The notes beneath the pieces are model-generated. The model worked only from the letters and a program-made list of their open reading frames with translations. It was not told the origin of the DNA and searched no databases. Shown piece after piece: positions 37,989 to 47,992 of a stretch of DNA of 64,000 bases; within the stretch, counting starts at the first letter, position 1, and each line of letters begins with the position of its first letter. The stretch comes from Acidimicrobiia bacterium (GTDB lineage Bacteria; Actinomycetota; Acidimicrobiia; Spongiisociales; ZC4RG35), in the NCBI GenBank assembly GCA_041746105.1, contig JBGTHP010000002.1:348-64347 (forward strand), written 5' to 3'. The position numbers were made by a program, and so were the translations under genes.

Positions 37989-39506
37989 ATGCATATGGGC
38001 AAAGGACGTTTCAGGCGTCTGGCAATGGGCTTGGCCTTGGTGAGCGTGATGGCGATGGCGTTACCGGCAGCAGGTGCGCCAGGCTTTCTGACGGATAAGC
38101 CACTAGCGATAGAACTGCTGGTGCCTGGTTCGGCAAAGGCAATCATCAGTTCTGGTGACCAACTCGGCGACTTCGTGTTCGAGGGGATTCCCGACGGCGT
38201 GGGTCTGGCACCGGGAAGCAGTCAGAACACGGTTGATGTTTATGTGGCTCATGAACAGTCACGAGTCCCATTCCTGAGCCAGGCGGACTACATCGATTCG
38301 TCGGTTTCAAAGCTGACACTCCAGCGCAGTGTTGGTGGAGTGCTCGACGCATCCGTGCCGCTCGGGCCGGAGGCCGGTTTTATCCGATTCTGCTCGGCGT
38401 TCATGGCGGGACCGATGCATGGTTTCGAGAACTACACGTTCTTCGTGAATGAAGAGTCGAACGACATCATCGGAGTGCCTGACGGCGCAACCTACGGAGC
38501 CGATCCGTCGGTGGCCCCAAACCGGCAGGCAGGTTTCGCGGTGATGCTCGACACCAAGACCGGCGAGTACAAACAAATCGACGGAATGGGCCGCTACAAC
38601 CACGAAAACAGCGTTGTTGTGCCCGGTGGCTGGAATCAGATGGCGATTGTCTCAACCGACGACACCTTCTCGGCGACGACATCGCAGTTGTACATGTACA
38701 CCGCGAGAAACAGCAATGCTGTGTGGTCCGACTCCGGCGCCATGTGGGCGTTCCAGGTCACGCACAAGAACGGCGTTCGAGTTGATCGGTCCGATCCGTT
38801 CAACAATGCCAACGACTATCTCGACATCAAACCCGGTGACGAGATGGAGGGCCGCTTCATCAGGGTGCCGGCCTCGATTGCCAAGGGCGATGATCCAACA
38901 GTGAGCCCCCAACAGGCGCTCGAGGATTGGTCGAACGCCAACAACGTGTTCCAGTTCATCCGGTTGGAAGATCTGGACTACGACCAGAACAACCCGCGGA
39001 TTGTCTACGTCGCCGACACCGGTGCCACCAGGGTCATCCCGAACGAGGCCACCGGTCGGATGGTTCGGGGTCCATCGGGCACTGTCGGACTTGCCGACAA
39101 CGGTCGGATCTTCGGGTTCGAGTTCAACGCCCAAACTCCGACGCGAGTCGATCGTTTCTGGGTGATGGCCGATGGAGACGCTCCGGACTCGGACGTTTAC
39201 GTGCCATTCCGGTCACCCGACAATCTGGGCACGAGCCGCAAGAGCATGATGGTCCAAGAGGATGCAAGCGATGCCAAGATCTGGCATTACGACTTCGGAT
39301 CAGGTCAATGGACCGCAGTCGCGGAAGTCACCGAATCCGCCAGTGAGACCAGCGGCATCGTTGATGCTTCGCAGTGGTTCGGGGGCGGATCCTGGTTGTT
39401 GACAGTGCAACAACACGGCACGTTCGAGAGTTCGGAAGTTGTCGATGGAGTGACGATCAAACGAGAAGACGGCCAGTTGGTTCTGCTCCGGATCCCCGGT
39501 AGCTGA
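37989..39506 (+). CDS. secreted beta-propeller-like protein (DUF839/PhoX-like candidate)
   Basis: Signal peptide (MGLALVSVMAMALPAAGA), 505 aa, and an FQFIRLEDLDYD block. Family assignment is tentative. Confidence 0.45.
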   Translation: MHMGKGRFRRLAMGLALVSVMAMALPAAGAPGFLTDKPLAIELLVPGSAKAIISSGDQLGDFVFEGIPDGVGLAPGSSQNTVDVYVAHEQSRVPFLSQADYIDSSVSKLTLQRSVGGVLDASVPLGPEAGFIRFCSAFMAGPMHGFENYTFFVNEESNDIIGVPDGATYGADPSVAPNRQAGFAVMLDTKTGEYKQIDGMGRYNHENSVVVPGGWNQMAIVSTDDTFSATTSQLYMYTARNSNAVWSDSGAMWAFQVTHKNGVRVDRSDPFNNANDYLDIKPGDEMEGRFIRVPASIAKGDDPTVSPQQALEDWSNANNVFQFIRLEDLDYDQNNPRIVYVADTGATRVIPNEATGRMVRGPSGTVGLADNGRIFGFEFNAQTPTRVDRFWVMADGDAPDSDVYVPFRSPDNLGTSRKSMMVQEDASDAKIWHYDFGSGQWTAVAEVTESASETSGIVDASQWFGGGSWLLTVQQHGTFESSEVVDGVTIKREDGQLVLLRIPGS

Positions 39507-39529
39507 ACCTTCAAACGACCAAATGAATC

Positions 39530-39560
39530 GACGGGGCCCTTCGGGGCCCCGTCTTTCGTT
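39530..39560 (+). terminator. rho-independent terminator GACGGGGCCC-TTCG-GGGCCCCGTC followed by TTTCGTT
   Basis: Perfect 10-bp GC stem with a tetraloop and a T-tract, 24 nt after the stop codon. Confidence 0.75.
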
Positions 39561-39604
39561 ACGGTTCGCGGTCGAATGATGAACAAAGATCAAAACGGGG
39601 CCAG

Positions 39605-40393
39605 ATGAGAAACGATGCCTTCTACTTCACGACCCGTGACGGCGTGTGGTTTCAGCCAACGGAGCTGACCAGAGGGCCCTGGGATGCCGACGCCTGTCAC
39701 GCCGGTCCCCCGATAGCCCTTGTCGTCAGAGCGCTCGAGCGTTTGATCCCACACCACCGGTTTGCTCGTCTGTCGGTCGACTTGATCAGACCCATCCCGA
39801 TGGCCGGCTTCACAGTGGAGGTGGAGGTCGAACGTGCAGGAAGGTCGATGACTCTGGCGTCGGCGCGGATACTGGACGATGAAAAGGTGTTCGCCAGGGC
39901 GTCGGCGCTCCATCTCCGGACAATTGAGGACTTCGAGGTCGCGACCGCGCCCACCGATACTCCGAAGTTCGAGGATGCGGTCCCGGGACCTTTCCCCATC
40001 ACCGACACGCTTCACGATGAAGTTGCGTTTCCGGCGTCGATCGAAGTCCGTTACGACCCTTCCGGTTCTCAGGGCGCCGGCGGCCCAACGACCGTTTGGA
40101 TGCGGTCTGTGCCGTTTCTGGCCGGAGAGGAGCCCTCCGGGATGCAACGGCTTTGTCCGCTCGCAGACTCCGGCAACGGGATCAGCTACAACCAGTATCT
40201 CGATCGGGTTTTGTTCGTGAACCCCGACCTCCACCTCTCGGTCCACCGTGAACCCGTTGGCGAGTGGATCGGCGCTTCAGTTCTGTCGCACTGGCAGAGT
40301 GACGGGACCGGATTGTCCGACGCCGAGATGTTCGACGAGTCGGGCCCGGTGGGGAGGGCGGTTCAGAGTCTTATTCTGAATCCCGCCGGCTGA
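39605..40393 (+). CDS. acyl-CoA thioesterase-like double hot-dog protein (paralog)
   Basis: 262 aa. Clear similarity to 37109-37912 (TRGPWDADA.HAGPP; GEWIGASVLSH). Confidence 0.55.
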   Translation: MRNDAFYFTTRDGVWFQPTELTRGPWDADACHAGPPIALVVRALERLIPHHRFARLSVDLIRPIPMAGFTVEVEVERAGRSMTLASARILDDEKVFARASALHLRTIEDFEVATAPTDTPKFEDAVPGPFPITDTLHDEVAFPASIEVRYDPSGSQGAGGPTTVWMRSVPFLAGEEPSGMQRLCPLADSGNGISYNQYLDRVLFVNPDLHLSVHREPVGEWIGASVLSHWQSDGTGLSDAEMFDESGPVGRAVQSLILNPAG

Positions 40394-40401
40394 GCCTGGA
40401 A

Positions 40402-41388
40402 TCAGCTTTCCGGAAGGCCGAACTGGGCGGCGATGTCGCCCCATACGATGGCGGCCAGTTTTTGGCCTCCGGCCGTGGTGAAGTGCACGCCGTCGTTGAG
40501 TCGCATGTCGACGACGTCGCCGGTGGCATCGGGAAGAAACTCTGAGAAGTTGCCGTCGGGTCCGGTGAAAGGTGTCCAACTGTCGATGTAGGCCACCCCC
40601 TCATGTGCGGCTGCCTCACTGTCGAAGATCTCGTTGAGCACTGCGAGTTTTTCCCGGAACGAAGCCGATCGGACCACCGGCATCCCCACCCACCACAACT
40701 CTCGCCCTTCTGAGGTGACGGTTTCCATCACTTGCTGGACCCTTCGCCGGTATTCGGCCACCCACTCGTCGGTCCCGAACGGTTCCCAGACCCCATCGAT
40801 TCTGATGTCCTGGGCGTCGTTTCCGCCAAAGAAGAGAACAACCACTTCCGGGTTGTGGGTCGATGCCGCCTCGGCTAGGACCACATTCCAATCGATGAAA
40901 TCTGGCCTGGTCAGGCCGGATTCGAATTCGTAGCGAACCTCGACCGTTGCATAGGCCGTACCTTCCGCCAGGTTCTCGAGCATCGGTCCGAACTGTCCAA
41001 CCATCGAGTCGCCGCCGACATAAACCCTCAGAGGGTCGGCGGTGGTGTAGACCCGTGCCGCTTCGACCCCGGTGGTCGCGGTGGTCGCCGGGACGGGGAC
41101 GCTCGTTGTCGTGGTGGTTGTAGCCGGAGTGGTATCAGTGGCTTCGGCTCTGTCCAGGGCGAGGTCGATGGCGTGGCGGGGTCGGTCCAGCCGCAACAGG
41201 TCTGATGCCGCGGCGACGGGCCGAGCCAGGAAAACGGCCGCCGACCGTGCCGGCCCTGCCGGTTGCCGCTCGGCTGTGCGCAATATGTCTTCTGCATTGA
41301 GGAAAAGACCGAGCAGTAGCGCCACGACCATCACAGCCAGGGCAACGCCTGCCGGCATCGTGGGTCGTGGTGGTGAGGGATCGTGCAT
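40402..41388 (-). CDS. SGNH/GDSL hydrolase-family protein with N-terminal TM anchor and Thr-rich linker
   Basis: Block I VGGDSMVGQF, block III FFGGND, and block V DGVHFT. Start overlaps the MBOAT stop (ATGA). Confidence 0.65.
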   Translation of the reverse strand: MHDPSPPRPTMPAGVALAVMVVALLLGLFLNAEDILRTAERQPAGPARSAAVFLARPVAAASDLLRLDRPRHAIDLALDRAEATDTTPATTTTTTSVPVPATTATTGVEAARVYTTADPLRVYVGGDSMVGQFGPMLENLAEGTAYATVEVRYEFESGLTRPDFIDWNVVLAEAASTHNPEVVVLFFGGNDAQDIRIDGVWEPFGTDEWVAEYRRRVQQVMETVTSEGRELWWVGMPVVRSASFREKLAVLNEIFDSEAAAHEGVAYIDSWTPFTGPDGNFSEFLPDATGDVVDMRLNDGVHFTTAGGQKLAAIVWGDIAAQFGLPES

Positions 41389-42770
41389 CAGAATTGGAAG
41401 TAGATGAAGGGGGCGACGCCTTGCGGGCCCAATCCGTCGAGGGCGAGCAGGAAGCCTCCCATGATGAGTGCCATGGTCACCGGCGACAACCTGCCGAAAG
41501 CGCTCCGTAGATCGTATCGCACACGGTCGGGAAGGTATTGAACGGCGATTCCTCCTGTGACCAAGGCCAACAAGGGCAAGGTCAGGCTGGGAATCGGCCC
41601 CCAATCCGCGAGCCTCGACAGAATCAACCCGGCCGTCGCCAGGGAATCTGATCGAAACAGGACCCAGCCGAGGCACACCATGTGAAAGGTGGCCACGCGG
41701 CTGAGGGCGGGCGGCAGTTTGGTGGGACCACGCCACCGTTCCCAGGCCAAGCCCAATCCGTGGAGCCCGCCCCAAAGGACGAATGTCCATGCAGCGCCAT
41801 GCCACAAACCTCCGAGCAGCATGGTCAACATCACGTTGCGATACGTCGCCCGCTCACCGGCTCGGCTCCCACCGAGTGGGATGTACAAGTAGTCGCGCAA
41901 CCACCGAGACAGTGTGATATGCCAGCGCCGCCAGAAGTCCTGAAGTGAAGTCGCCGTATAAGGCCGGTCGAAGTTCTGGGGAAACCTGAACCCCATGAGC
42001 AAGGCAACGCCGATGGCGATGTCGGTATAGCCGGAGAAGTCTGCATAGATCTGGACTGCATAGGCATATATCGCAACCAGGACCTCCAGCGCCGAATAAT
42101 TCTGAGGTCCGGCAAAAACCGGGTCGACCAGGCTGACCGCCAGGGTGTTGGCAACGACCACCTTCTTGAACAGCCCGCCCGCGATCAGGAGAAATGCCTC
42201 GGGCGCCTCAACTCTTCTTGGGTCCCGTCTTTTCGCCAGCTGAGGGAGGAACTCCGAGCTACGCACGATCGGGCCTGCCACCAGTTGGGGAAAGAACGCC
42301 AGAAACAGTGCGAAGTCGCGGAGACTCGTCGGTTCCTGTTCCCCGCGGTAGATGTCGATCACGTAGGAGAGGGCCTGGAACGTGAAGAACGAGATGCCGA
42401 CTGGAAGCGTGATGTTGAGAAGCGGCAAAGGCAGATCAACCCCGATCCTCGAAAACAGGTTGATCAGAGAAGTTGCGAAGAAGCCGTAGTACTTGAACCA
42501 TGCCAGCAGACCGAGGTTCACGGCGACTGCCCCCACGACGAGTCGCTTGCGAGTGTTTCCTTCGGCCCGGTGGATGGCTTGGCCCGACGACTGGTTGACC
42601 ACGGTCGAAAGGACGATCAATCCGAGAAAGCGCCAGTCCCACGCACCGTAAAACACGTAGGAGGCCGAGATCATGAACCAGGTCCATACCCGGCGATTGG
42701 GCTGGAGGAGCCAATTTGATGTGAGAACAACCACGAAGAACAGGGCAAACTGGATCGTGGGGAACAGCAT
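41388..42770 (-). CDS. MBOAT-family membrane-bound O-acyltransferase (AlgI/DltB/PatA-like)
   Basis: 460 aa and multi-TM. Conserved His region WRRWHITLSRWLRDYLYIPLGG. Confidence 0.8.
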   Translation of the reverse strand: MLFPTIQFALFFVVVLTSNWLLQPNRRVWTWFMISASYVFYGAWDWRFLGLIVLSTVVNQSSGQAIHRAEGNTRKRLVVGAVAVNLGLLAWFKYYGFFATSLINLFSRIGVDLPLPLLNITLPVGISFFTFQALSYVIDIYRGEQEPTSLRDFALFLAFFPQLVAGPIVRSSEFLPQLAKRRDPRRVEAPEAFLLIAGGLFKKVVVANTLAVSLVDPVFAGPQNYSALEVLVAIYAYAVQIYADFSGYTDIAIGVALLMGFRFPQNFDRPYTATSLQDFWRRWHITLSRWLRDYLYIPLGGSRAGERATYRNVMLTMLLGGLWHGAAWTFVLWGGLHGLGLAWERWRGPTKLPPALSRVATFHMVCLGWVLFRSDSLATAGLILSRLADWGPIPSLTLPLLALVTGGIAVQYLPDRVRYDLRSAFGRLSPVTMALIMGGFLLALDGLGPQGVAPFIYFQF

Positions 42771-42834
42771 TCCGAAGGATCGTAATTCGTCGGTCGCTAT
42801 TGGGTTCGCAGAGGGTTTCGGCTACCTTCGCGCA

Positions 42835-44445
42835 ATGGGCGCGACCATTTCTCGAACGGGCTCGGCCGCCCCCGGACCTGGCCCCACTGTCCGATTGAAC
42901 GCGCGTGGTCGGGCATTCTTCACGGTGATCCCTCTGGTCATCATCGCAACCATTGCGATGTGGGTCGGTCGCGCCCCAGAGCCGTCTTTTTCTGAGCCGC
43001 TGGACGGTTTGGTGCTTGGGCCCGAAACTCGAGAAATCGGAGTCTCATTCTCTCGCCCGGTCGCACCCGAATCGGTTTCCGCCACCTTGAACGACCAATC
43101 GGTTTCGATTGCGGTCGAAGGCGCATCGGGGACAGTCTCGTTAGGACCCCTCGCCGGCGGCATCTATCTCCTCGCCGTTTCGGTGGACGGCCGTCTCTTC
43201 GATCCGAGTGCGTCTGCGTCTTTTGAGGTCGATGCAACCGCCCCGACGCTGACGGCGCCGGCTTTCGACGTGGCCGCCTCGGTGAACAAACCGTTCAGTT
43301 TCGAAATTGCGGTCGACGATCCGCTTGCGGTTGTGACAGTCGCCGGGGCGGAGGTCCAGGTCGCAGATGGGGTTGCGACGGTTGACCTCGAAAGGCCGCC
43401 CCGCGTTCCGCTGGAAGTGGTGGCCGTGGATCCATTCGGGAACGAAGCCTCTTTGACTCTGGTGGTTCCCATCAATCTGGCCGGGGCGCCCGGGCAGGAG
43501 GCCATCCGCGGGGTTCACGCCACCGGATACACCTGGGCAACCGAGGAGTTGCGCCAGCCGATCCTCGACGCGATCGCCTCTGGCATCATCAACACCGTTC
43601 AGCTCGACCTCAAAGACGAGGCAGGAGATATCTGGTACGACACCGGTGTTGCCCTCGCCCATGAACTTGGCGCCGTCACCGTGTTGTGGGACCTCAAGGC
43701 GGTTGTCGACGACTTGCACAATCTCAATGTCAGGGTTGTCGGTCGCGTCGTCAATTTTCGCGATCCGCGCCTGGCCGCCTACGCGGTCGAGACCGGCCGC
43801 ATGGATTGGGTGGTCCAGAACCCCGACGGCACCGCCTTCGGCAAATACGGTGGATTCACGAATCCTTTCAATCGAGAGGTGTGGGAATACAACATCGCAT
43901 TGGCAGAAGAAGCGGCACTACTCGGCGTCGACGACATCATGTACGACTACGTGAGGCGCCCGGATGAGAACATCGAAAGGATGATCTTTCCGGGTCAGGT
44001 CGGCACGCCGGAAGAGGCAATCGTCGAGTTTCTGGCGGCGAGTCAGGTGCGCATCCACGCCGCGGGTGGCCGACTCGGCGCCGCAGTGTTCGGTATCGCC
44101 GCCACTCGCCCAACCGAAATCGGTCAAGACATACCGCGGATATCGGAGGTGGTCGACTTTGTTTCTCCCATGGTGTATCCATCTCACTGGGGCCCCGGCG
44201 AATACGGGGTAGCGGATCCGAACTCACAGCCGTACGAGATCGTTTACGCGTCGATGTTGGATTTTATCGAACAGACCAGAGCCGGAGGGGCCGAGGTCAT
44301 CGTGTGGCTCCAGGACTTCAGCCTCGGTGTCGACTATGGACCGGACGAGGTGAGAGCGCAGATCGACGCTGCCGCGGCTGCGGGAGTCCCGGGGTTCTTC
44401 CTCTGGGACCCGAAAACCACCTATACATGGGCGGGTCTGCGGTAG
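42835..44445 (+). CDS. putative glycoside hydrolase (DUF4015/GH-like TIM barrel) with N-terminal Ig-like repeats and TM anchor
   Basis: 536 aa. The C-terminal half carries the barrel. Divergently oriented to the MBOAT-SGNH pair. Confidence 0.5.
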   Translation: MGATISRTGSAAPGPGPTVRLNARGRAFFTVIPLVIIATIAMWVGRAPEPSFSEPLDGLVLGPETREIGVSFSRPVAPESVSATLNDQSVSIAVEGASGTVSLGPLAGGIYLLAVSVDGRLFDPSASASFEVDATAPTLTAPAFDVAASVNKPFSFEIAVDDPLAVVTVAGAEVQVADGVATVDLERPPRVPLEVVAVDPFGNEASLTLVVPINLAGAPGQEAIRGVHATGYTWATEELRQPILDAIASGIINTVQLDLKDEAGDIWYDTGVALAHELGAVTVLWDLKAVVDDLHNLNVRVVGRVVNFRDPRLAAYAVETGRMDWVVQNPDGTAFGKYGGFTNPFNREVWEYNIALAEEAALLGVDDIMYDYVRRPDENIERMIFPGQVGTPEEAIVEFLAASQVRIHAAGGRLGAAVFGIAATRPTEIGQDIPRISEVVDFVSPMVYPSHWGPGEYGVADPNSQPYEIVYASMLDFIEQTRAGGAEVIVWLQDFSLGVDYGPDEVRAQIDAAAAAGVPGFFLWDPKTTYTWAGLR

Positions 44446-44463
44446 TCGGAACCGCCGGACCGA

Positions 44464-45732
44464 TCAAGGTTGACGGCCTGTGATGATTCTGGCGCCCCGC
44501 CGAAACGTCACGTAGTTCCACCCCCAGCTGATCAGCACCAGCAGCCTGTTGCGGAAACCGATCAAATACGCGATGTGAATCGCCAGCCACGACACCCAGG
44601 CAACGAAGCCACCGAACCGGAGGATACGGAAATCGGCGATTGCTTTGGCCCGGCCGATGGTCGCCAACGACCCCTTGTTGCGGTAACGAAAGGCTCTCCG
44701 AGCTTCACCCTTCAAATCCGCTTCGATCTGGCCCGCTACGTGTTTTCCCTGTTGGATCGCGGCTGGTGCCACACCGGGAACTCCGGTGATCGCCGCCAGG
44801 TCGCCGGCGACAAAGACCTCTGGATGGGCGGGGACCGAAAGGTCTGGGCGAACCTCGACCCGACCGGCGCGGTCCAGACTGGCGTTGAGCACCCCGCCGA
44901 GCGGTGCGGCTTTGACTCCTGCTGCCCACAGGACGGTCCCGCTCTCGATCCTGCTGCCATCGGCCAAGGTGACGCCATCGTGGTCGACTGCTGAGACCAT
45001 CGCCCCGGTCATGACCTCGACGCCGAGTGTCTCTAGTTGGCGCTGGGCCGAGGCCGACAATGTTGGGGGGTAAGTGGGCAGGACTCTGTCTCCGCCTTCG
45101 ACCAGAATCACTCTGGCGTTGGCGGGATCGATCCGATCGAATTCGCTCTGCATGGCATGGTTGGCGATTTCGATCAATGCGCCCGCCAGTTCGACGCCGG
45201 TTGGTCCCGCTCCGACGATTACAAACGTCAAAAGCTGTTTCGCCTGATCGGGATCCTGCTCGGCTCGTTCGAAAGCATTGAGAATCCTGCGTCGTATCTC
45301 GAGAGCATCTTCGATCGTTTTCAGGCCAGGAGCTGCATCCGACCAGCTGTCATGTCCGAAATACGAATGGGTTGCACCCGCCGCGACTACCAGCCAGTCG
45401 TATGGGACGACCTCATCGTGATTGGTAGTGACGGTTCGACTGTCCAGATCGATCGAGGTCACCTCGCCGAGGATCACTCGATCGACGTTGGGTTGATTCC
45501 GAAAGACCGAGCGGATGGGATAGGCGATGTCAGACGGGTTGAGACCCGCAGTTGCCACCTGGTAGAGAAGCGGCTGGAAGAGATGAAAGTTGCGGCGGTC
45601 GATGATCGTGATCGAGACATCGGCATTGGCGAGGGATCTGGCGGTGTTGAGTCCCGCAAATCCGGCTCCGATTACGACCACTCGATGGAGGGACACAACA
45701 TCATTCTCTCCGATGGCCGCACCCGGCGCCAA
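44464..45732 (-). CDS. ndh: type II NADH:quinone oxidoreductase (NDH-2)
   Basis: VVVIGAGFAG and FVIVGAGPTGVE dinucleotide-binding motifs, with a C-terminal amphipathic membrane anchor. Confidence 0.8.
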   Translation of the reverse strand: MAPGAAIGENDVVSLHRVVVIGAGFAGLNTARSLANADVSITIIDRRNFHLFQPLLYQVATAGLNPSDIAYPIRSVFRNQPNVDRVILGEVTSIDLDSRTVTTNHDEVVPYDWLVVAAGATHSYFGHDSWSDAAPGLKTIEDALEIRRRILNAFERAEQDPDQAKQLLTFVIVGAGPTGVELAGALIEIANHAMQSEFDRIDPANARVILVEGGDRVLPTYPPTLSASAQRQLETLGVEVMTGAMVSAVDHDGVTLADGSRIESGTVLWAAGVKAAPLGGVLNASLDRAGRVEVRPDLSVPAHPEVFVAGDLAAITGVPGVAPAAIQQGKHVAGQIEADLKGEARRAFRYRNKGSLATIGRAKAIADFRILRFGGFVAWVSWLAIHIAYLIGFRNRLLVLISWGWNYVTFRRGARIITGRQP

Positions 45733-45827
45733 TCAGGTCGGCGGAACGGCGCCGCGGGCACGATGAGGTGGAGTAGATTCTCGCGAGGAGGAAAGAGCTG
45801 TCGTATCTCGTCGGTTTTGGTGGCTAC

Positions 45828-46775
45828 GTGCCGGATAGGGTCGTCACGAACGACCACTGGTCGGCCGTCCTCGATACCAGCGACGAGTGGATCACGACCC
45901 GGACCGGGATCAAACAACGGCGCTTTGCGGCAGACGATCAGTCGACCGTGGATCTGGCGGAGTCGGCATCGACCGTGGCGTTGATCGATGCCGGCCTGGC
46001 GGTCGGCGACATCGACGAAATCATCGTCGCCACAGACACGCCGGAGGTTCTCACCCCCGATACGGCTTCCTTTCTTCAACACCGCCTGGGGGCGCGTTCG
46101 GTGCCGGCATACGATTTGGGCGGCAGCGGCTGCGCCGGGTTTGTTCAGGCCCTTGATGTGGCAAGGGCGCGTCTGTTGCTGAAACCGGGCCGAATCCTGG
46201 TGGTCGGCGTCGAGTTGATAAGCCGTCTCATCTCATTTGACGATCGAGCCACTGCCGTGCTCTTCGGCGACGGCGCCGGCGCGGTGGTGATGAGCTCTGA
46301 GTCCGGAAGAGCCAAGGTCTTGGATGTTGTTGCCGGGACCGATGGCTCCCAGTCAGACATTTTGACTGTCCGTCCCGGTGGCACCAGGGTCCCTGTGACC
46401 TCCGAACTCGTGGCGACCGGAGAACACAAACGGCTGATCATGAACGGCGGCGAGGTCTTCAAGCAGGCGGTGAGACGAATGTCGGCGGCCGTGGAGGAGG
46501 TTCTCCAGAATGTGGGAAAGGCGCCGTCCGAGGTTGCTCTCGTTATCCCTCACCAAGCCAACAAACGGATCATCGATGCGGTTGGTGCCCGCCTCGGCAT
46601 CGATCCGGAGCGTGTATACGTGAACGTTCAGGACTACGGGAACACCGGTTCCGCCTCGGTTCCGCTGGCTCTCTGGGAGGCGAGAAGCAAGGGTCTGATC
46701 GGAGAAGGGGATCTGGTCGTGCTCACGGCGTTTGGCGCCGGTTTTCACTGGGCTGCGGCGGCCATCCAGTTCTGA
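45828..46775 (+). CDS. fabH: 3-oxoacyl-ACP synthase III
   Basis: Catalytic Cys (GGSGCAGF), then His (PHQANKRI), then Asn (YGNTGSAS). The true start may be a non-ATG codon near 45798, just after the AGGAGG at 45786. Confidence 0.85.
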   Translation: MPDRVVTNDHWSAVLDTSDEWITTRTGIKQRRFAADDQSTVDLAESASTVALIDAGLAVGDIDEIIVATDTPEVLTPDTASFLQHRLGARSVPAYDLGGSGCAGFVQALDVARARLLLKPGRILVVGVELISRLISFDDRATAVLFGDGAGAVVMSSESGRAKVLDVVAGTDGSQSDILTVRPGGTRVPVTSELVATGEHKRLIMNGGEVFKQAVRRMSAAVEEVLQNVGKAPSEVALVIPHQANKRIIDAVGARLGIDPERVYVNVQDYGNTGSASVPLALWEARSKGLIGEGDLVVLTAFGAGFHWAAAAIQF

Positions 46776-46820
46776 CCGTACGGATTCGACAGCGACCGGT
46801 GATTCGGGAAATATCCCGCT

Positions 46821-47981
46821 GTGCGGTCACCCATCTTCACACCACCATTTCGCCGCGCCTTTGTTGCCAACGTCTTTTCCGACATATCCTTCAATCTCCT
46901 GGTGCACTTCCCCGGCTTCCTCAAGGGTCTAGGTGCGGGAGAGGCGCTGATTGGCACAATTGCCTCCGTGGCGGTGCTGGCGTCGGTCTCTCTCAGGCCG
47001 GGAATGGGCCAGATCATGGATCGCCGTGGAAGGCTGCCAATCGTCCGGCTGGCATCACTGCTCCGGGTCGGGGCTGTGTTCCTTTTCTTCACGATCGGTG
47101 GGATCGGGCCATGGGTGTTCGTGGTGAGGGCCCTGTATGGGATTTGCACCGCAGTTGTCTTCACCGGGCTCTTCACCTATGCCAACGACGTGATGCCCCC
47201 GGAACGGCGCACCCAGGCGATCGCCCTGTATGGCCTGTCGGGGATGATCCCTGGCATGTTCGGGGCTGCGCTTGGGGACGTGGTCATCGCCCGTTGGGGC
47301 TTCGACGGCCTTTTTGCCACCATTGCCCTGTTCGATCTGGGAAGCGCGATTGCGATTAGAACGCTGAAACCGTTGCCCCGAATCGGGTCCTTCGCCAATC
47401 GTCTCGGGTTCAGAAAGCTCGGCCTCCAGATGACGCTGCGCCCGGTCTGGGTCATGACGCTGTCTTTTGGTCTTGTTTTTGCGTCCCTCCAAACATTCAT
47501 GCGCACATTCGTGGACGTCAATGGCGTCGGAACCGTAGGGCTGTTCTTCTTTGCCTATTCCTCAACTGCGGTCGCCCTGAGGCTTTCGATGTCGTGGGCA
47601 CCCGACCGATTCGGGTTCAAGAGGATTCTCTACCCGGTTGTCGTTTCGCAGGCCACCGGGCTGATCCTGCTTTCCGGTGCTACCACCCTCCCCCGTTTTG
47701 TCGCAGGGGCAATGCTGACGGGCGCCGGTCACGCTTTCTTGTTCCCGGTGCTGGCTCGCCTCGCCGTCGAGCGTTCTCCGGATGAGGACCGTGGCGCCGC
47801 CGCAGGCCTGTTCACTGCGATGTTCGACCTGTCGATCCTGGTGGGGGGCCCGGCGCTCGGGCTGATAATCGAGGGCAGCGGCTACCGATCGATGTATCTG
47901 ACTGTCGCCGGCGTGGTAATTGTCGGTGTGTTGGCATTCGCCGCCCTTGAAAGGCGACACCCGAAGCCGATCGCGGTATGA
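46821..47981 (+). CDS. MFS transporter
   Basis: 386 aa, 12 TM helices. Confidence 0.7.
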   Translation: MRSPIFTPPFRRAFVANVFSDISFNLLVHFPGFLKGLGAGEALIGTIASVAVLASVSLRPGMGQIMDRRGRLPIVRLASLLRVGAVFLFFTIGGIGPWVFVVRALYGICTAVVFTGLFTYANDVMPPERRTQAIALYGLSGMIPGMFGAALGDVVIARWGFDGLFATIALFDLGSAIAIRTLKPLPRIGSFANRLGFRKLGLQMTLRPVWVMTLSFGLVFASLQTFMRTFVDVNGVGTVGLFFFAYSSTAVALRLSMSWAPDRFGFKRILYPVVVSQATGLILLSGATTLPRFVAGAMLTGAGHAFLFPVLARLAVERSPDEDRGAAAGLFTAMFDLSILVGGPALGLIIEGSGYRSMYLTVAGVVIVGVLAFAALERRHPKPIAV

Positions 47982-47992
47982 GAAGCCGGGTT

